Part shown: positions 17,234-27,581 of the stretch, piece by piece
Position numbering within the stretch: the first letter of the stretch is position 1
How the letters are laid out: each line of letters opens with the position of its first letter
DNA from: a virus
Lineage: Duplodnaviria > Caudoviricetes
IMG/VR virus record: IMGVR_UViG_3300027906_004537
Coordinates: 1-56,977 of that record
Strand: one strand, 5' to 3'
DNA: 56,977 nucleotides
Translations under genes and position numbers: made by a program
The notes under the pieces: generated by a model
What the model was told of the DNA's origin: nothing
The model's database searches: none
What the model saw: the letters and a program-made list of their open reading frames with translations, nothing else

Positions 17234-18990
17234 CCGTACATCCTTCCGTATCCTGGCTGATAGCCGGCCAGCGGATTACCTATGTAAAAGGAGCCTTGCG
17301 CGCCAAAGCTGGGCGCCGGCACGAACTCTGGCGTCGATACGCTGCCAGCCATAACCGCACCGTAGGCTTGCGCACCATCAAACCCGCTTATGTATGCAGC
17401 CCATGGCGTGACCACTTCGCCCTGATCGTCGCGCACCTCGCGCTGGTAAACGCCAACCTGCAGGACAATGGTTTCAGCAGCGGCCGGCGCAGGAATAGAC
17501 AAGCCTGCCGCTGACAGCATGCCGATTGGTCGCGGGCTGTTGTCTGACAAGGGTAAGAACAGGTGCAAAGCCTGATCCTGCGATACCGGGTAAGCCTGCC
17601 GCGCTACCTGCGTCGTTGTGCCGCTTAACCACTCGCCGTAGTAGCTCTGCCCGGCCAGCACGAATACCGTCCGCCAGCCAAGGCCTGAAGCGGTCTGCAC
17701 CACCTCGGCGCCGTCGTGCAGCGTGACCATCTGCTGAATGGATGACGAAACAACCGCTGCGTTGTCGGTTTCGCTGCCACTCGCCCGGGCGCCAGTAACC
17801 AGACTGATATGCTCGAGCAGTCCATCAGGTGTCGGCAATAGAACGTCAGGCGTTGAATGACGCATCAAAACAGTTGCCGGGTCGCTGATAGCGCCGGCAG
17901 GTACGCCAGCAGCAGCGCCCGCCAGCGTGTCGACATAACCGTAAGACAGGTTCACAGCGGCTCCGGCAATCTCCACCTTCACCCTGGCTGACAAAACCCA
18001 ACGCCGCACTGGCGACACGGCAGGCGCGGTATGCAGCGTGTTACGCAGCCTGCCAGTAACTGTGATGCGCGGCGGATCGGTTGCCTCAACTGCAAGGGCA
18101 AGACCTGAAATATTGGCGCCGCCCTTCTCGCTGGTGTTTGGATCCAGTTCAAACAGTGGCTCACCAAAATCTTCAGGCTCCACCAGGCGGAAAAACCCGA
18201 CAGCCGCTGATTCCGTGGTGTCGTCATAGTCGATGCGCAAGATCAGCAGCGCGCCAATGCACCGGCCGTCCCCATCGCCAGGCTTTTGCACGGCAACTGC
18301 AACGTAAAGTGAGTCATCGTGCACATAACACTCAGGAAAAGGGGATGTTCCTCTGGTCAGAGCGCTGGTCACGTCAATATCGCGGCGTACAAGGTCATAG
18401 CCGGGGGCCAGGCTGCGAATAGTCGCATCGTCAATGCTGACACTGCGCACCGGTAATGCCTTGGCGCCGGCAAACGTGAAGCGAAACACCAGCCACAGCG
18501 TATTGCTGGCAGGAATGCCAGACCAGTTCGGGTACAAGCCCGATCTGGGTACAGCCGCCTCTGCCATGATGAAAGGCAGGACTATGCCGCCGACATATTC
18601 GTGGGGTCGGGCGCTAGCCACAAAGCTGGTGCCCGTGAGCGGCGCGCCTATGGCCCTCATGGAGCCCACGTCAACTTGTTGCTGCTGCTGGGAAAGCGCT
18701 AGCACGCCTACTGGATCAGCCGGCGCAAAACGATCCCTTATCGGCCCCTCATACTCCATGAACAAGCCCGGCTGACCGATTACGTTTTCCCCAAATGACA
18801 GAATGCGGCCAGGTATATCCATCACGCTGGCCCGTAGGTTCCCACCACACACGCTGCCGGTTACCTTGAATCCATCAAGCCATTGCGTGTTTGACTGGAA
18901 TCGACCCCGCAGAGACCGCGCCATGCGCTCGGCCTGCTTCAGCCATGTTGCTGAGCTCGTTGAGTCGATGTGCTTGCTGCAGGGTTTCAT
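17230..18990 (-). CDS. Putative tail/virion protein
   Basis: 586-aa ORF with ATGA overlaps on both sides. Confidence 0.5.
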   Translation of the reverse strand: MKPCSKHIDSTSSATWLKQAERMARSLRGRFQSNTQWLDGFKVTGSVCGGNLRASVMDIPGRILSFGENVIGQPGLFMEYEGPIRDRFAPADPVGVLALSQQQQQVDVGSMRAIGAPLTGTSFVASARPHEYVGGIVLPFIMAEAAVPRSGLYPNWSGIPASNTLWLVFRFTFAGAKALPVRSVSIDDATIRSLAPGYDLVRRDIDVTSALTRGTSPFPECYVHDDSLYVAVAVQKPGDGDGRCIGALLILRIDYDDTTESAAVGFFRLVEPEDFGEPLFELDPNTSEKGGANISGLALAVEATDPPRITVTGRLRNTLHTAPAVSPVRRWVLSARVKVEIAGAAVNLSYGYVDTLAGAAAGVPAGAISDPATVLMRHSTPDVLLPTPDGLLEHISLVTGARASGSETDNAAVVSSSIQQMVTLHDGAEVVQTASGLGWRTVFVLAGQSYYGEWLSGTTTQVARQAYPVSQDQALHLFLPLSDNSPRPIGMLSAAGLSIPAPAAAETIVLQVGVYQREVRDDQGEVVTPWAAYISGFDGAQAYGAVMAGSVSTPEFVPAPSFGAQGSFYIGNPLAGYQPGYGRMYG

Positions 18991-20933
18991 CGACGAATCC
19001 TGCGCTGGGATACGCCAATCTCGATCTCGATGTTATCGAGGTCTGCATAGCTCGCATCAACCAGTTCCAGGCGCACACGCCAATGACGGGCGGCAATACC
19101 CTTGGCCGTGCGGACTCGTTGCTCCATTGCTCCGCCTGTCGCGCGATATACCTGCTCTTCGCCGTCGTCGCCGGTAACCCGCAGATACACCTCGCCATCC
19201 GTTGCGATACCGGCATAGACGCTGCTCATCCGTTTGGCTTGAGCAGTGCCGTAGTCAGACGCGCCGAAGTCGATCACCGCATTCAGGGCCGCACCATCGT
19301 CATCCTGGCCGCATAGCCGATAAAGCGCTCCATCGTTGATGGCGTAGGTGTCACCACCGGCGCGAGCGTACTGCTTGAATCCGAAGTTCTGATAGGTGCT
19401 CAACGCCCCCGTTATCGCATTCACCGCGTACTGGATTGCCTCGCGACGCGCACTGATCCCCTGATCGCTGGCAGCAATGCGCTCACTTGTCATCAGCTCC
19501 ACAACGCTTGCCAGGCTAAGACCTTCATCAATGCGCAGAGACTCCAAGGTCTCAAGGCTAATCAGCAGGTATATATCGGCGACTTCTTCCAGCTCAATGC
19601 TTTCCATGCTGACGAACAGCACGGCATTGTCCATGCGGGCGAAGTCGAACGCATACGCCAGATCCGGACCATCCGCCACGTCCGCAGGCAAGTACGCCTC
19701 CCAGGATGTGATCTGATAGCGAATGCCGGCCACGCCGGAAGCGCCGGCAAACTCTCCCTCTGAGGCCTTTCCATCAATACCAAGGACGCCTGAAGCCTGA
19801 CCAAGAACGCCAACCAAACCCCGCGCACTTCCAATCGGCAGCGGCAAGACGCCTGCAGCCTGCGCAGCGGTCGCTTCGGCGGCGCCACCTCTCGCCTCCA
19901 GCGTCCACCCACCCAGTCTGCCGACCGCTCTTGCGGTAGAACTTTGACTTGCGAAACCCTGGACGCCAAGCAGGCCATGAGCACCCGATGCATTGCCCGC
20001 AGCGTGACCAGGGGCAAACATGCCGACCCTCTCACCTACTCCGGCAGCACCGACCGTGGCAATACCTAGCGAGGCGTAAAGAGTCGAAGCGGACGCAGCC
20101 AGATCAACACCAACACGCGCAGTGCCGCGGGTGAGATAAACGCCATCAATGCTTGCAACGCCATATAGCTCAGCACCAACAACAGCAGAACCACGCGCTC
20201 GTTCGTCCATCGTGGCTGTAACGCCGACGTCACACACTCCTGACGCTTGATGAAACGCCCCAATAACCGGGCTCTCCACGTAATCGCTCAGCGCATACAG
20301 CGCGGCATCGACGAAGGCGGTACCAGTGATTGGAACGGCGGATTCATACACGAGCACCCCGTCGACGAACGCTTTAACGCCGGTGTCGGTGCGCACCATT
20401 CGGATTATGTCGCCGCCCGCTACTGGTGCGGACTGGGGCTCTCCCCGCTCTACTGGCGTAATGCCGCCTGGTCGTGCGACCAGGGCATGCGACGCCTTAC
20501 TGTAGGCATAGCTCAGGCCACCATCTGAAAAACCGACCATGACACCGACCGGGTTGTCCGGCAGCCTTATATCGAAATAGCTGTTCACCGGTACCGGTGA
20601 AATACTATGTGCGCCGCCATTCCATCCATTGTTGGCGAAGTAGTTGACCGCCGATGGCACAGCCGGCGACCCGATGACCTCCTCATAGCAGCGGATCTCG
20701 GTGCGATAAACAGGTACGTTCTCATTACGGTAGCCCAGCGGCGCCGTATCGTAGCGAACGAACTCGCCATAAGGACCGTATACCGCGATCACCTGCGAGC
20801 CGAACGGCACAACCCTGGAGCTGTACCCGGTAAGAACCTGCTCTTCTTGGCAGAAGGCCGCGCGCCCAGGCACCGCGGGCACGGCGGGCACATAGGAGAC
20901 AACCGCCTGCTTCTGCAGTCGGTTCATGCCCAT
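18987..20933 (-). CDS. Putative tail protein
   Basis: 648 aa, Gly/Ala-rich; C-terminal AVNAITGALSTYQNFGF..IDFGASDYGT..KR..YAG resembles podovirus tail proteins. Confidence 0.55.
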   Translation of the reverse strand: MGMNRLQKQAVVSYVPAVPAVPGRAAFCQEEQVLTGYSSRVVPFGSQVIAVYGPYGEFVRYDTAPLGYRNENVPVYRTEIRCYEEVIGSPAVPSAVNYFANNGWNGGAHSISPVPVNSYFDIRLPDNPVGVMVGFSDGGLSYAYSKASHALVARPGGITPVERGEPQSAPVAGGDIIRMVRTDTGVKAFVDGVLVYESAVPITGTAFVDAALYALSDYVESPVIGAFHQASGVCDVGVTATMDERARGSAVVGAELYGVASIDGVYLTRGTARVGVDLAASASTLYASLGIATVGAAGVGERVGMFAPGHAAGNASGAHGLLGVQGFASQSSTARAVGRLGGWTLEARGGAAEATAAQAAGVLPLPIGSARGLVGVLGQASGVLGIDGKASEGEFAGASGVAGIRYQITSWEAYLPADVADGPDLAYAFDFARMDNAVLFVSMESIELEEVADIYLLISLETLESLRIDEGLSLASVVELMTSERIAASDQGISARREAIQYAVNAITGALSTYQNFGFKQYARAGGDTYAINDGALYRLCGQDDDGAALNAVIDFGASDYGTAQAKRMSSVYAGIATDGEVYLRVTGDDGEEQVYRATGGAMEQRVRTAKGIAARHWRVRLELVDASYADLDNIEIEIGVSQRRIRR

Positions 20934-20935
20934 AA

Positions 20936-21376
20936 TCAGGTCGCCTCTGGCAGGGACATCGCAAAGTAATCGAGCGTAAACGTCGCACCCAGCACAAAGG
21001 TAGGCGTGCTCAGCGTCATGTCATCGCTTGGTCCGCCGGTTGTGCCCTGCACACGAACCTCGCCCGTAGAGGCTCCGCCTGTATCTGCCGGCTTCACATA
21101 GCGGAAGAAGGACGGGGTGCCGTTTGCCGCATTGACGCCTGACCACGTTTCGCCTGTAGCCTTTGTCAACAGACCGGCCGGCGCTGCAGCATTGAAAGTC
21201 AGGTTCGCGCCCGAAGCTGACACTTCACACAGCAGCGTGTTGCCGCTCAGCGCCGAGTCGGGACCGCTGGGCACAGGCCCGGAATAAACCCGAATAAGGC
21301 CGCCGTCGAGGATACCTTTCAACGAGCCAGAGACGCACAGCTGACGGCGCAGCTCTGTCGAGAATTTGAAGGCCAT
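20936..21376 (-). CDS. Virion structural protein
   Basis: IRVYSGPVPSGPD..GTPSFFR motif common in phage tail proteins. Confidence 0.6.
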   Translation of the reverse strand: MAFKFSTELRRQLCVSGSLKGILDGGLIRVYSGPVPSGPDSALSGNTLLCEVSASGANLTFNAAAPAGLLTKATGETWSGVNAANGTPSFFRYVKPADTGGASTGEVRVQGTTGGPSDDMTLSTPTFVLGATFTLDYFAMSLPEAT

Positions 21377-21777
21377 TACACGTTACCTCGCACTTTCAGG
21401 TCGCCAGCAGCAAAGGACACAACGCCGCTTTCGACAACAGGAATGGGAACCGGCAGTTGGCCAATGGCCAAGCAGGCGTCTGTCGCGCTATCGCGAACAG
21501 TGAAGTGGGTTACGGTATAGCTCGCCCCAACCCCTGCCGCCGGGAACGTCACATCTGCTTCGTTTGCCGCCTCCCAGTAGTCGCCGGCATCACTGGACGC
21601 AAAGGTAGCAGCCACTTGGGCATACGCGCCTTCAGTGACCTCGTTGTCATCGCCGGCGCCGGGATTGCCGGCGTGCAGCGCCACTTTCCAGGCTGCAGGC
21701 CGGGTGGCCGATGCCTCGTCGGTGAAGAAATACTTGATGAGCTGTTCGCTCAGGTGCTCAGGTACGCTCATATCCAT
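21376..21777 (-). CDS. Phage tail fibre-like small structural protein
   Basis: VALHAGNPG..NEV..GAYA..N...VTFP..VTHF motif. Confidence 0.6.
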   Translation of the reverse strand: MDMSVPEHLSEQLIKYFFTDEASATRPAAWKVALHAGNPGAGDDNEVTEGAYAQVAATFASSDAGDYWEAANEADVTFPAAGVGASYTVTHFTVRDSATDACLAIGQLPVPIPVVESGVVSFAAGDLKVRGNV

Positions 21778-21781
21778 GCCC

Positions 21782-22294
21782 TCAGAGTGCGCTGGTCGGG
21801 ACGTAAGTCAGCCCGGTTTGCAGGTTGATGGTCTGCCCAGCACTTACTTGCTTGGCCGTGGAAAAGCGGCAGCAGGACAGGAGCAGTCCGGTATTTCCGC
21901 CCTTGGTGGAATCAGACACGATGAAGGATCCGTACAGCGTGCGATCCTGAGTCACTGTGTAGCTGGCCCGATTCAGCACGTTATCCATCGTGGCCGCATT
22001 ATCGAAAGCGCGCTGCCAGGTTGGGCGTACCGACTCTGAGTAATCGACGAACTCAATCATGTTCGATGGGATATCCGCTGCAGCTGTAGCGCCCGAAGGT
22101 ATGTAGTTGCCACGGAATAGGCCGCAGTAGAAGGTGCTCACCGCAGATACATCACCAAACGGCGCCTGCATCAAGAACGCCAGAGAGTCGTCTGGAATCT
22201 TGTTGGTCTCCCGCGAGCGGCTTGCAATCGTGCCATCTGCATTCACGATTTCCAGATCAACGTAAAAGCCTTTGACGGCCAGAAAGTCACCCAT
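21782..22294 (-). CDS. Virion structural protein
   Basis: In-operon ORF; EFVDYSES.RP.W and KGGNTGLLLS motifs. Confidence 0.55.
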   Translation of the reverse strand: MGDFLAVKGFYVDLEIVNADGTIASRSRETNKIPDDSLAFLMQAPFGDVSAVSTFYCGLFRGNYIPSGATAAADIPSNMIEFVDYSESVRPTWQRAFDNAATMDNVLNRASYTVTQDRTLYGSFIVSDSTKGGNTGLLLSCCRFSTAKQVSAGQTINLQTGLTYVPTSAL

Positions 22295-23456
22295 TGTCTA
22301 TTACCTCCAGTTCGCTGAAGTCGCCTGCCCGCAGGTGGCTTTCATCAACTTGGCCGCGCATTGAAGTGACAACCATCTGGTTGCCGTTGTGTTCGAGATA
22401 ACCCGCCGCGCCCAGCTCCGCGGTATCAGGTGAATATGTGGTTTGGTTCAGTAGCTCGATGCTGCCGTCCTTACGTCCGATCACCTGGCCATACTGGGTA
22501 AACCACGCTGCCGACCCGTCGGGCAGCATGACGCTTGATCCTTCAATGGCCCCAAATTCCAGCAACGTGCGCTGAACAATCTCCGCAGACCCAAGGCCGC
22601 TGACGAAATACGTGTGGTCCGCACACACGAAAACACCGCCCTCAACCGCAGCGAGCAGCGTGATAGGCGCCGGGAAGACAACAAAATCGGATTCAGGATT
22701 CGTCAGGTGCGGCCACATGGGCTGCGAGTGATACAGGTACCGGCCATGGGCGCCAACGATCAATGCTTGATGACTCACCAGATAGGTGCAGAACGGCAAG
22801 CTATACAGGCCAGCCGTCACGAGCCGAGCTGTATCATCTACAGGGCGCGGCAGCAGGTTGGTGCTGTAGGCAACTCCCTGATGGTAAAGGGTGGAGCCGT
22901 TTGCCACGCTGCAGTACAAGCGGCAATCACGGTCGTCGTCGACGTTTACGCGGATAGCCTGCCCTTCGCCCAAGGTCACAATCATGGGCAAGCAGCCAGA
23001 CTCAACGCTGCCGTCTACCGCAGTCACGGCGACCTGATACACCCCAGCGGGGAAACTGCCCGTGGTAATTACGATGTCGAATGCGGGAGCGGGCACAGCC
23101 CAAGGGCGGACCTCTGCACCAATACGCATGCTGTCGGCTACGGTATTAAGGAAAAGCTCTCCTGCATGCCATACCGCGGCGACCGGCCCCTGGGCAAGCG
23201 TAGCCAGCTCTGTGTCACCCTGGGGCGTCACGCGAATCAGCTTGTCGCCGGCAATCAACGCCAGATCAGCACCCATTTCAAAGATTGCCCGGGTGTCCTC
23301 CTGTTCTCGCACCAACTCAAACCCGGTGCGCAGCTCTGCCTTGCCTCCGACGGTGAAATCCACGTTCACAGCCTCGACTACAGCGCCTTTAGGCAGGCGT
23401 TCTGCCTTGGCGATATTGTTGCTGCCGATAAACTGGTCGCGCCGAATGATATTCAT
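22287..23456 (-). CDS. Tail/head-closure (stabilisation) protein
   Basis: Follows the adaptor gene; NVDFT..GK..LRTG N-terminal motif; beta-rich. Confidence 0.55.
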   Translation of the reverse strand: MNIIRRDQFIGSNNIAKAERLPKGAVVEAVNVDFTVGGKAELRTGFELVREQEDTRAIFEMGADLALIAGDKLIRVTPQGDTELATLAQGPVAAVWHAGELFLNTVADSMRIGAEVRPWAVPAPAFDIVITTGSFPAGVYQVAVTAVDGSVESGCLPMIVTLGEGQAIRVNVDDDRDCRLYCSVANGSTLYHQGVAYSTNLLPRPVDDTARLVTAGLYSLPFCTYLVSHQALIVGAHGRYLYHSQPMWPHLTNPESDFVVFPAPITLLAAVEGGVFVCADHTYFVSGLGSAEIVQRTLLEFGAIEGSSVMLPDGSAAWFTQYGQVIGRKDGSIELLNQTTYSPDTAELGAAGYLEHNGNQMVVTSMRGQVDESHLRAGDFSELEVIDNG

Positions 23457-23460
23457 GCTG

Positions 23461-24099
23461 TCACCAGTCAGACTTTATGCGTCCAGGGCGTCGTGCTGCC
23501 TGGGCGGTTTCGTAATGGGTCTGGCACTCCCCCTCAAACTCGGCAAGGAAGTTGGCAGACTTGGCGGGATCGAACATTTCCGCATCGTTCACGCGGTAGG
23601 CCCGGTGCTTCATGTACAGCAGCAGCGTTTCGCGAGCATGGCGCGGTACATCGTCAAGGCGGCTTTCAATCTCAAGCGTGCGCAATGAACGGCGAATCAC
23701 CTGCATCTGCAAGGTGCAGTCGGTGGCGGCCGGCGGATAGAGGCGCAACGTCTTGGTGTCAACAACGAGAAGCTTGGTCATGCCCGAGGTGGGCAGGCAG
23801 CTGAACGGCGTCTGGCCGGGCGCCTCGATATTCAAATCGCGCTTGTTCGGCGGTAGGATCGAGGCCGACACAATGTCGATGATGCTGTCATGCCGGCAGA
23901 ACTCGCTGTCACCGGCATTGACCGAAAGAGTGGTAAAGGAACTGGAGCTGTCGTAAACGCTGCGTGTGATCTCGCAGTAGCGATCAACCGCCTGGTTCGC
24001 CCAGCGCACGAGCTGACCTTCAGACCAGAAGCTGCCATCACCTGCAGCATCCTTCTCGTCGTCGCGGAAAGCATCGACCAGGTCCTGTACCGTTTTCAT
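23461..24099 (-). CDS. Head-tail adaptor protein
   Basis: FWSEGQLVRWANQA..LRLYP..LLLYMKHRAY...DAE pattern. Confidence 0.65.
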   Translation of the reverse strand: MKTVQDLVDAFRDDEKDAAGDGSFWSEGQLVRWANQAVDRYCEITRSVYDSSSSFTTLSVNAGDSEFCRHDSIIDIVSASILPPNKRDLNIEAPGQTPFSCLPTSGMTKLLVVDTKTLRLYPPAATDCTLQMQVIRRSLRTLEIESRLDDVPRHARETLLLYMKHRAYRVNDAEMFDPAKSANFLAEFEGECQTHYETAQAARRPGRIKSDW

Positions 24100-24545
24100 T
24101 ACTCGTCGTCGCCCGCAGCAGCAGGGTCAAACTCCTGTTCGTCTTCCTCTTCCAGCTCCGCCACGAACTTGTTCCAAACCTTGGTGAACTGAGCCTTGGT
24201 GACGTTGAAGCCGGCCTTCTCCGAAACTGCTTTCAGAGTCGGGCGACCGTCGCCTTCCAGCTTGCCTTGAATGCCCTCGTCGATGACTTGGGTAATGGCC
24301 CGCTTGATCAGGTCGGCCTGCGTCTCGGCCGGCTTTTGGGCGGCTGGCTCATCAACGCCGACGATGCCGCAGCCAATGGCAATCGCCTGGCGACGGAAGC
24401 TCTCAGGGATGACAGTGCCTGCTTTGCCGTCCACCGGGCTGATTGCATGTACTCGGCATGCATGCCCGCTGGTCAGCGCGATATGGGTGCCCTCTTCATC
24501 CGATCCAGGCGCGGGAAGAAAGCGAATCTCTTGTTTCTTGGTCAT
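24099..24545 (-). CDS. Hypothetical head-associated protein
   Basis: In-operon ORF; DGRPTLKAVSEKAGF C-terminal motif. Confidence 0.5.
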   Translation of the reverse strand: MTKKQEIRFLPAPGSDEEGTHIALTSGHACRVHAISPVDGKAGTVIPESFRRQAIAIGCGIVGVDEPAAQKPAETQADLIKRAITQVIDEGIQGKLEGDGRPTLKAVSEKAGFNVTKAQFTKVWNKFVAELEEEDEQEFDPAAAGDDE

Positions 24546-24573
24546 GAGTGAAGCCCCTTTATTGCGATAGAAA

Positions 24574-24598
24574 GAAAGGGCCGAGTTACCCCGGCCCG
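24574..24598 (-). terminator. Terminator after the capsid genes
   Basis: GGGCCG..CGGCCC hairpin followed by TTTCTTTC on the minus strand. Confidence 0.65.
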
Positions 24599-24605
24599 AT
24601 CAGGT

Positions 24606-25004
24606 TTAACCCTGGGTCCAGTCGGACTTGCCGACGTCGATGTACTCGACAACCAGGATCAGCTCGCCTTCCGTGGCGGCAGCGCCGGTGCTTGCATAGG
24701 TCACGATCAGATCGCCAATGGCGGGCATTTCGTAACCGGTGGGCACCAGCGGCTTGCCGCCGGCAGTCTTGATGTTCAGCGCAGTGGCCGTGTAGCGGTC
24801 GTCATCAACCGAGTCGCCAACCTTCAGGGTCGCAGTGGTCTCGGCATCAAACGGGGTCGTCACATAGGCACTGCCGCCGACAACAATGGCGCCGCCGGGC
24901 AGTTCGATTGCAGGCTGCACCGCGCCATCGGCGAAGGCAGCCAAGCTGATTGAAACCATGGCAACGGCCAGGGCTTGGCGGTTGTAGTTCTTGGTAATAG
25001 CCAT
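24606..25004 (-). CDS. Capsid decoration/minor capsid protein
   Basis: Directly after the MCP; ELPGGAIVVGG..V..PFD...ATLKVGD..DDDRY. Confidence 0.6.
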   Translation of the reverse strand: MAITKNYNRQALAVAMVSISLAAFADGAVQPAIELPGGAIVVGGSAYVTTPFDAETTATLKVGDSVDDDRYTATALNIKTAGGKPLVPTGYEMPAIGDLIVTYASTGAAATEGELILVVEYIDVGKSDWTQG

Positions 25005-25030
25005 TCGGATATCTCCTGTGTTACCTGGAC

Positions 25031-26137
25031 TTAGAAGCCCAGGTAGTGGTCGATGGCCAGCACGCCGAAGTCTTCAACCGAACGGTCGTAGATGCTGTAG
25101 AACTTGGGCTTGAGGAAGCCCAGCATCTTGTCGATTGAAATACCGGGCTTGCTGTCGTAGTCGAATTTCTTCTCGACCCACTCAGGGGTGCCAAGGTCGG
25201 CCATGCCGAGTGCTTGGGCGCCACACAGCAGCGTGCGAGTGCCGTTGATGAGACCGCCAGCGCCCCACTTGCTACCGTCAGCAGCACCAGCAGTGCTGTA
25301 CACCAGGCGGTGCTCGTGGATGATGGCGCCGTCGATGGTCACGGTGCCGCCAGTGAACCAGGGCGACTTCTGTCCATCCTTGGTGGCAACAGCGACAACG
25401 GCGCGCTGGTAGTCAGCGTCCTTCTTCAGCTGCGCCAGAGTGCCCGGCTGCACCAGCAGCACGTAATACTCTTTGCCACCAGCCATCAGAGGCTTGATGT
25501 AGTGGGTTTTGGCATAAGCCACGGCGTCCACAATCATCTTGTAGCTGGCGGTGTAGCCAGTGGTGATGGTGGTGGTATCGCCAGGCACCAGAGAGGTGCC
25601 GTTCCACGAACGATGACGCTTGGACGAGGGGGCAGACACGTCGGCGGCAAAGGACAAATTCGGGAACGGCGAACCGATACGCGGACGACCATCGCACTGG
25701 AATGCGTAGGACACGCCCGACAGAGTGAGCATTGCCAGCTGGTCGCAGCGGTTGCTGAGCCAGTAGGACAAGGTGCGCTTGGCCATTTCGCGGAAGTTGA
25801 TAACCGTCTTCTGCTCGGCCATCTTGCCCTTGGATTTGACCTGGTGGCTGATCTGGTCAATGTTGATGATCTGCTCGTAAGCAGTCATTTCTTCTTCATT
25901 GCCTTCGCGCTGGTCATCACCGATGACGCCATCCTCAACGAGGTCAGCGACCAGTTGCATGATTACCTGCTCACCCTTTTCAGTCTTGGTGAGTTCGGTA
26001 ATGCGCTGGATCATGGCGGACTCGCCCTTACCCAGGAATTTCTTGATGAACATCCCGTCGCGGGCGGCTTGCCATACGTCACGCGACCAGACGATTTTTT
26101 GCGAGCTGTTAAGCTTCGCGAAGTTGGTAACAGCCAT
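25031..26137 (-). CDS. Major capsid protein (N4-gp56/DUF4043-like)
   Basis: MAVTNFA..WSRDVW, IQRITELTKTEKG, GNEE, LLCGAQAL; strong RBS AAGGAG. Confidence 0.9.
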   Translation of the reverse strand: MAVTNFAKLNSSQKIVWSRDVWQAARDGMFIKKFLGKGESAMIQRITELTKTEKGEQVIMQLVADLVEDGVIGDDQREGNEEEMTAYEQIINIDQISHQVKSKGKMAEQKTVINFREMAKRTLSYWLSNRCDQLAMLTLSGVSYAFQCDGRPRIGSPFPNLSFAADVSAPSSKRHRSWNGTSLVPGDTTTITTGYTASYKMIVDAVAYAKTHYIKPLMAGGKEYYVLLVQPGTLAQLKKDADYQRAVVAVATKDGQKSPWFTGGTVTIDGAIIHEHRLVYSTAGAADGSKWGAGGLINGTRTLLCGAQALGMADLGTPEWVEKKFDYDSKPGISIDKMLGFLKPKFYSIYDRSVEDFGVLAIDHYLGF

Positions 26138-26337
26138 TGCTGTTCTCCTTTCGTCAATTGATATCGATGCGTGGGATGTATCGCCACCCGAGCGAAAACG
26201 GACGTTGAGGCGTGTCCGAAACGCTGCAGATTTACGCCCTGCCGGCGAGGAACGCTGTGACTCAGCGAGCGAGCATCAGAAGATGCGGGGTAAAACTGGT
26301 GGCCCGAAGGCCACCTAACTCATGGCTTACGTGAATG

Positions 26338-26365
26338 AGTGGATGTGACTGAACGCAGCTGTCAA
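26338..26365 (-). promoter_or_regulatory. Late-type promoter, copy 4: TTGACA-N8-CAGTCACA-TCCACT
   Basis: Repeated motif about 200 nt upstream of the MCP. Confidence 0.7.
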
Positions 26366-27384
26366 CCCACGTAATCGCCGCGCGCTTTCTTTTTGTCAGC
26401 CTCGGACAGGTTGTCGTATTCATCTTCCGTCAAGGCGGCGAAGTCCGTCTTGGTTGCGCGCTCACCGGTACCACCATCACGCGGCGGGATCTTCTCGCGG
26501 CGCTCGTCGTTGCGCTTTAACTGCTCAAGACTGGGCTTGCCCTTCGACTTGTCGATCTTCTCGACCTCTGGCTCGGCATAGCGTGGCCCAATCTTGGCGG
26601 CCGCCTGCTCGATCGCCTTGTCCGGGCTGACGCCTTTGTTGATGTAGTAGTCGCGCCAGGCCACCACCTCTTCCAGCGCTTCAGGGTCATGGTCTGCGCC
26701 CTCTGGATTAAGAAATGGGTATGCCTCATAGGCCTTGGCTGCTGCAGTGCCGACAGCATCCTGTGCGCGCTGTGCCTCGGCTTCCGCTTCACGATCTGCT
26801 CGCTCCTTCTCGCGTTTGTTGAACAGCGCTTCAGCGCGCTCTTCGGCTTTGCGCTCAAGCTCGGCCTCCTTGGCCGCGTCAATCTCTTCCTGCAGGGCAT
26901 CAGCCTTATCGTCATCGCCCTCGTAAAGTGCTGCACGCATTTCCTTGCGCTTGGCCTTGAAGTCGAACGCCGGCGCTTCAGGCTCGGTCGGCTTTTCGGT
27001 ATCCGGCTTCACGCGCCCATTGGCACGGGCAAGCTCTTCTTCCAGCTTCAGCCGAGCAGCACGCTCTTGCTTAAGGCTTTCGTTCACTTCATTGAAGCGG
27101 GCGTGAGGCACCGACTTGGAGCGCTTGTCGTCATCACCGGCAAGCTCGGCCAGGGCGTCAGGGTCCAGGTCTTCTTCGGGCTCTGCTTCCGCGTCAGGCT
27201 CTTCCTCTTCGTCTTGCTCGTCGTCGTCATCGTCCGGCAGGTCGGGATCAACGTCATCGCCCCGATCTTCTTCCTCGTCGAACTCTTCGTCCTCTTCCTC
27301 TTCTTCCTCTTCCTCAATGTCCAGCTCGTCCAGCAGCAGGGATTCCAGCTCTTCGTCGATCATTTCCTGAGTTTTCTTGCTCAT
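26362..27384 (-). CDS. Scaffolding protein
   Basis: Highly acidic N-terminus, VPHARFNEVN, coiled coils; lies between portal and MCP. Confidence 0.8.
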   Translation of the reverse strand: MSKKTQEMIDEELESLLLDELDIEEEEEEEEDEEFDEEEDRGDDVDPDLPDDDDDEQDEEEEPDAEAEPEEDLDPDALAELAGDDDKRSKSVPHARFNEVNESLKQERAARLKLEEELARANGRVKPDTEKPTEPEAPAFDFKAKRKEMRAALYEGDDDKADALQEEIDAAKEAELERKAEERAEALFNKREKERADREAEAEAQRAQDAVGTAAAKAYEAYPFLNPEGADHDPEALEEVVAWRDYYINKGVSPDKAIEQAAAKIGPRYAEPEVEKIDKSKGKPSLEQLKRNDERREKIPPRDGGTGERATKTDFAALTEDEYDNLSEADKKKARGDYVG

Positions 27385-27407
27385 TGGGTCTGCCCCCTCG
27401 GTTGTGA

Positions 27408-27581
27408 TTACTTCTCGGCCAACGACTTCATGTCGGCCATCTTCTGTTTCGCCAAGGTGCGAACAGCAGCCATGCGCTTGGCATCGCCCTGGATCTTCCT
27501 GGCTTCCATCAACGTGCGCAGGTCGTCCTGTGCACGCCATTCCTTTTCTTCGCTCATCGCGGCTACGGCTCGGCTTTTCAT
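27408..27581 (-). CDS. Small hypothetical protein (57 aa, not in the ORF track)
   Basis: MKSRAVAAMSEEKEWRAQDDLRTLMEARKIQGDAKRM...; ATGA overlap with the portal stop. Confidence 0.65.
   Translation of the reverse strand: MKSRAVAAMSEEKEWRAQDDLRTLMEARKIQGDAKRMAAVRTLAKQKMADMKSLAEK

Noticed and set aside
27180-27360. Low-complexity TCC/TCT/TCG-rich tract
   Set aside because: Explained by the Asp/Glu-rich N-terminus of the scaffolding protein
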